Shown piece after piece: positions 62,990 through 64,000 of a stretch of 64,000 nucleotides of DNA (position 1 is the first letter of the stretch; every line of letters starts with the position of its first letter). The notes under the pieces were generated by a model. It saw only the letters and a program-made list of their open reading frames with translations. It had not been told where the DNA came from and searched no databases. Source of the stretch: Lama guanicoe (taxonomy: Eukaryota); NCBI GenBank assembly GCA_013239625.1, contig MU054391.1, positions 4,235,824 to 4,299,823 on the forward strand, written 5' to 3'. The translations under genes and the position numbers were made by a program.

Positions 62990-63372
62990 AAATCTTTTTT
63001 TATTGATGTATAATATGCATTTAGAAAAGTTGTACAAAGCCAGCAGGACTCAGCTCAATGAATTTCATAAACTGAACACACCCATGTAAGTAGCACCCAG
63101 CTCAAGAAATTAAATATGAAATAAGAGCTGGGAAGCCTGCTCTGTCCTGTGCCCCCTCCCACTCCTTCCTTTCTCCCAGAGGTTAAACTCTATCTCTGTT
63201 ACACAGATCAGCGTATTTATGTAAATTAAATCAAATAACATGTGCTCTTTTGTGCCTGGCTTCTTTTGCTCAACATTATCTTTGTAAGACACACTCACGT
63301 TTCATATGCAAACTTGCTCATTCTCATTCTCGTGTGGCATTGAATGTACAAGTCAATCACAGTTTATTGGTT
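62990..63372 (-). mobile_element. L1M (MC/MD-type) 3' end
   Basis: ttttttattgatgtataatatgcatttagaaaagttgtacaa...cagctcaatgaatttcataaactgaacacacccatgtaa...tttgtgcctggcttcttttgctcaacatt. Confidence 0.8.
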
Positions 63373-63378
63373 CTAGCC

Positions 63379-64000
63379 TTTTTTGAACGGCTTTCTTGAG
63401 ATGTAATTCACACACCATATGATTCACCCATTTAAAACGTACAATTCAATATTTTTAGTGTAGTCACAGGGTTGTGCAACCATCACTAGAATCTAGCTTC
63501 AGAATATTTTTGTTTTCATTAAAAGAAACCATTAGAAGTCAGTCTTCATTTTCCCCCATGCACTCTGCCCCCATCCATCCCTCAGCAATTCCTAATCTGC
63601 TTTCTGTCTCTATAGATTTGCCTCTCCTGGATTACTTACAAATGGAATCATACAATAGGTGATGTTTTGCTATTGGCTTTTTGCACTTAACGTAATGATG
63701 TCAAGGTTCATTATTGAATGTATCAGTTCTTCTTCCTTTTCATCTCTGAATAATATTCCATTGTATAGATATACCACTTTTTATTTATTCATTCACTGGT
63801 TGATGAACATTTGGCTTGTTTCTAATGCTGCAGTGAAGTTTGCATGCAAGGCTTTTTTCTTTTCTTTTTTTTTTTGCATGCAAGTTTTTGAATGGACATA
63901 TGTTTTCATTTTTCTTAGTATATACACAGAAGAGGAATTAGTGGGACATAGGTAACCCTGGGATAAGCCCTTTTGGGAATTATCAAACTGTTTTACAAAG
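63379..64000 (-). mobile_element. L1MB-type 3' end, running off the window
   Basis: ctttcttgagatgtaattcacacaccatatgattcacccatttaaaacgtacaattcaat...gttgtgcaaccatcac...ctttctgtctctatagatttgcct...aatggaatcatacaat. Confidence 0.88.

Noticed and set aside
1..64000. The many 60-180 aa ORFs in the six-frame track as genes, or as a novel operon or system
   Set aside because: They are short, overlap on both strands, often start at non-ATG codons, mostly lie in recognisable repeats and show no recognisable domains. This is the expected noise in mammalian non-coding DNA. Only the Tigger1 transposase remnant is meaningful.

Overview
This is non-coding placental-mammal genomic DNA, not prokaryotic. It is most likely a cetartiodactyl. 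A short L1 3'-end insertion at about 42.8-43.05 kb resembles the artiodactyl/cetacean L1 tail, and I recognised no Alu, B1/B2, Bov-A/BovB, PRE-1, CHR or Can-SINEs, so a camelid is my best guess (inference). I found no intact protein-coding gene, RNA gene or CRISPR array. The ORF track is essentially noise, except for Tigger1 transposase remnants. The window is a mosaic of old eutherian repeats: MIR, L2, L1M, HAL1, MaLR MLT1, MLT2, LTR16/LTR33, MER21, MER34-like, hAT MITEs and a near-full-length Tigger1. It also holds a heavily decayed YBX1 processed pseudogene (~40.2-40.8 kb) and several repeat-free blocks rich in homeodomain motifs that look like developmental enhancers. The most unusual pattern is several short GC/CpG peaks that are recognisable old MIR, L2, MLT1, MER5A and Tigger1 copies rewritten by A/T-to-G/C substitutions, the expected footprint of local GC-biased gene conversion. 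I found no evidence for a previously undescribed biological system. Repeat calls come from my recollection of consensus sequences, not from a database search, so subfamily names and boundaries are approximate.
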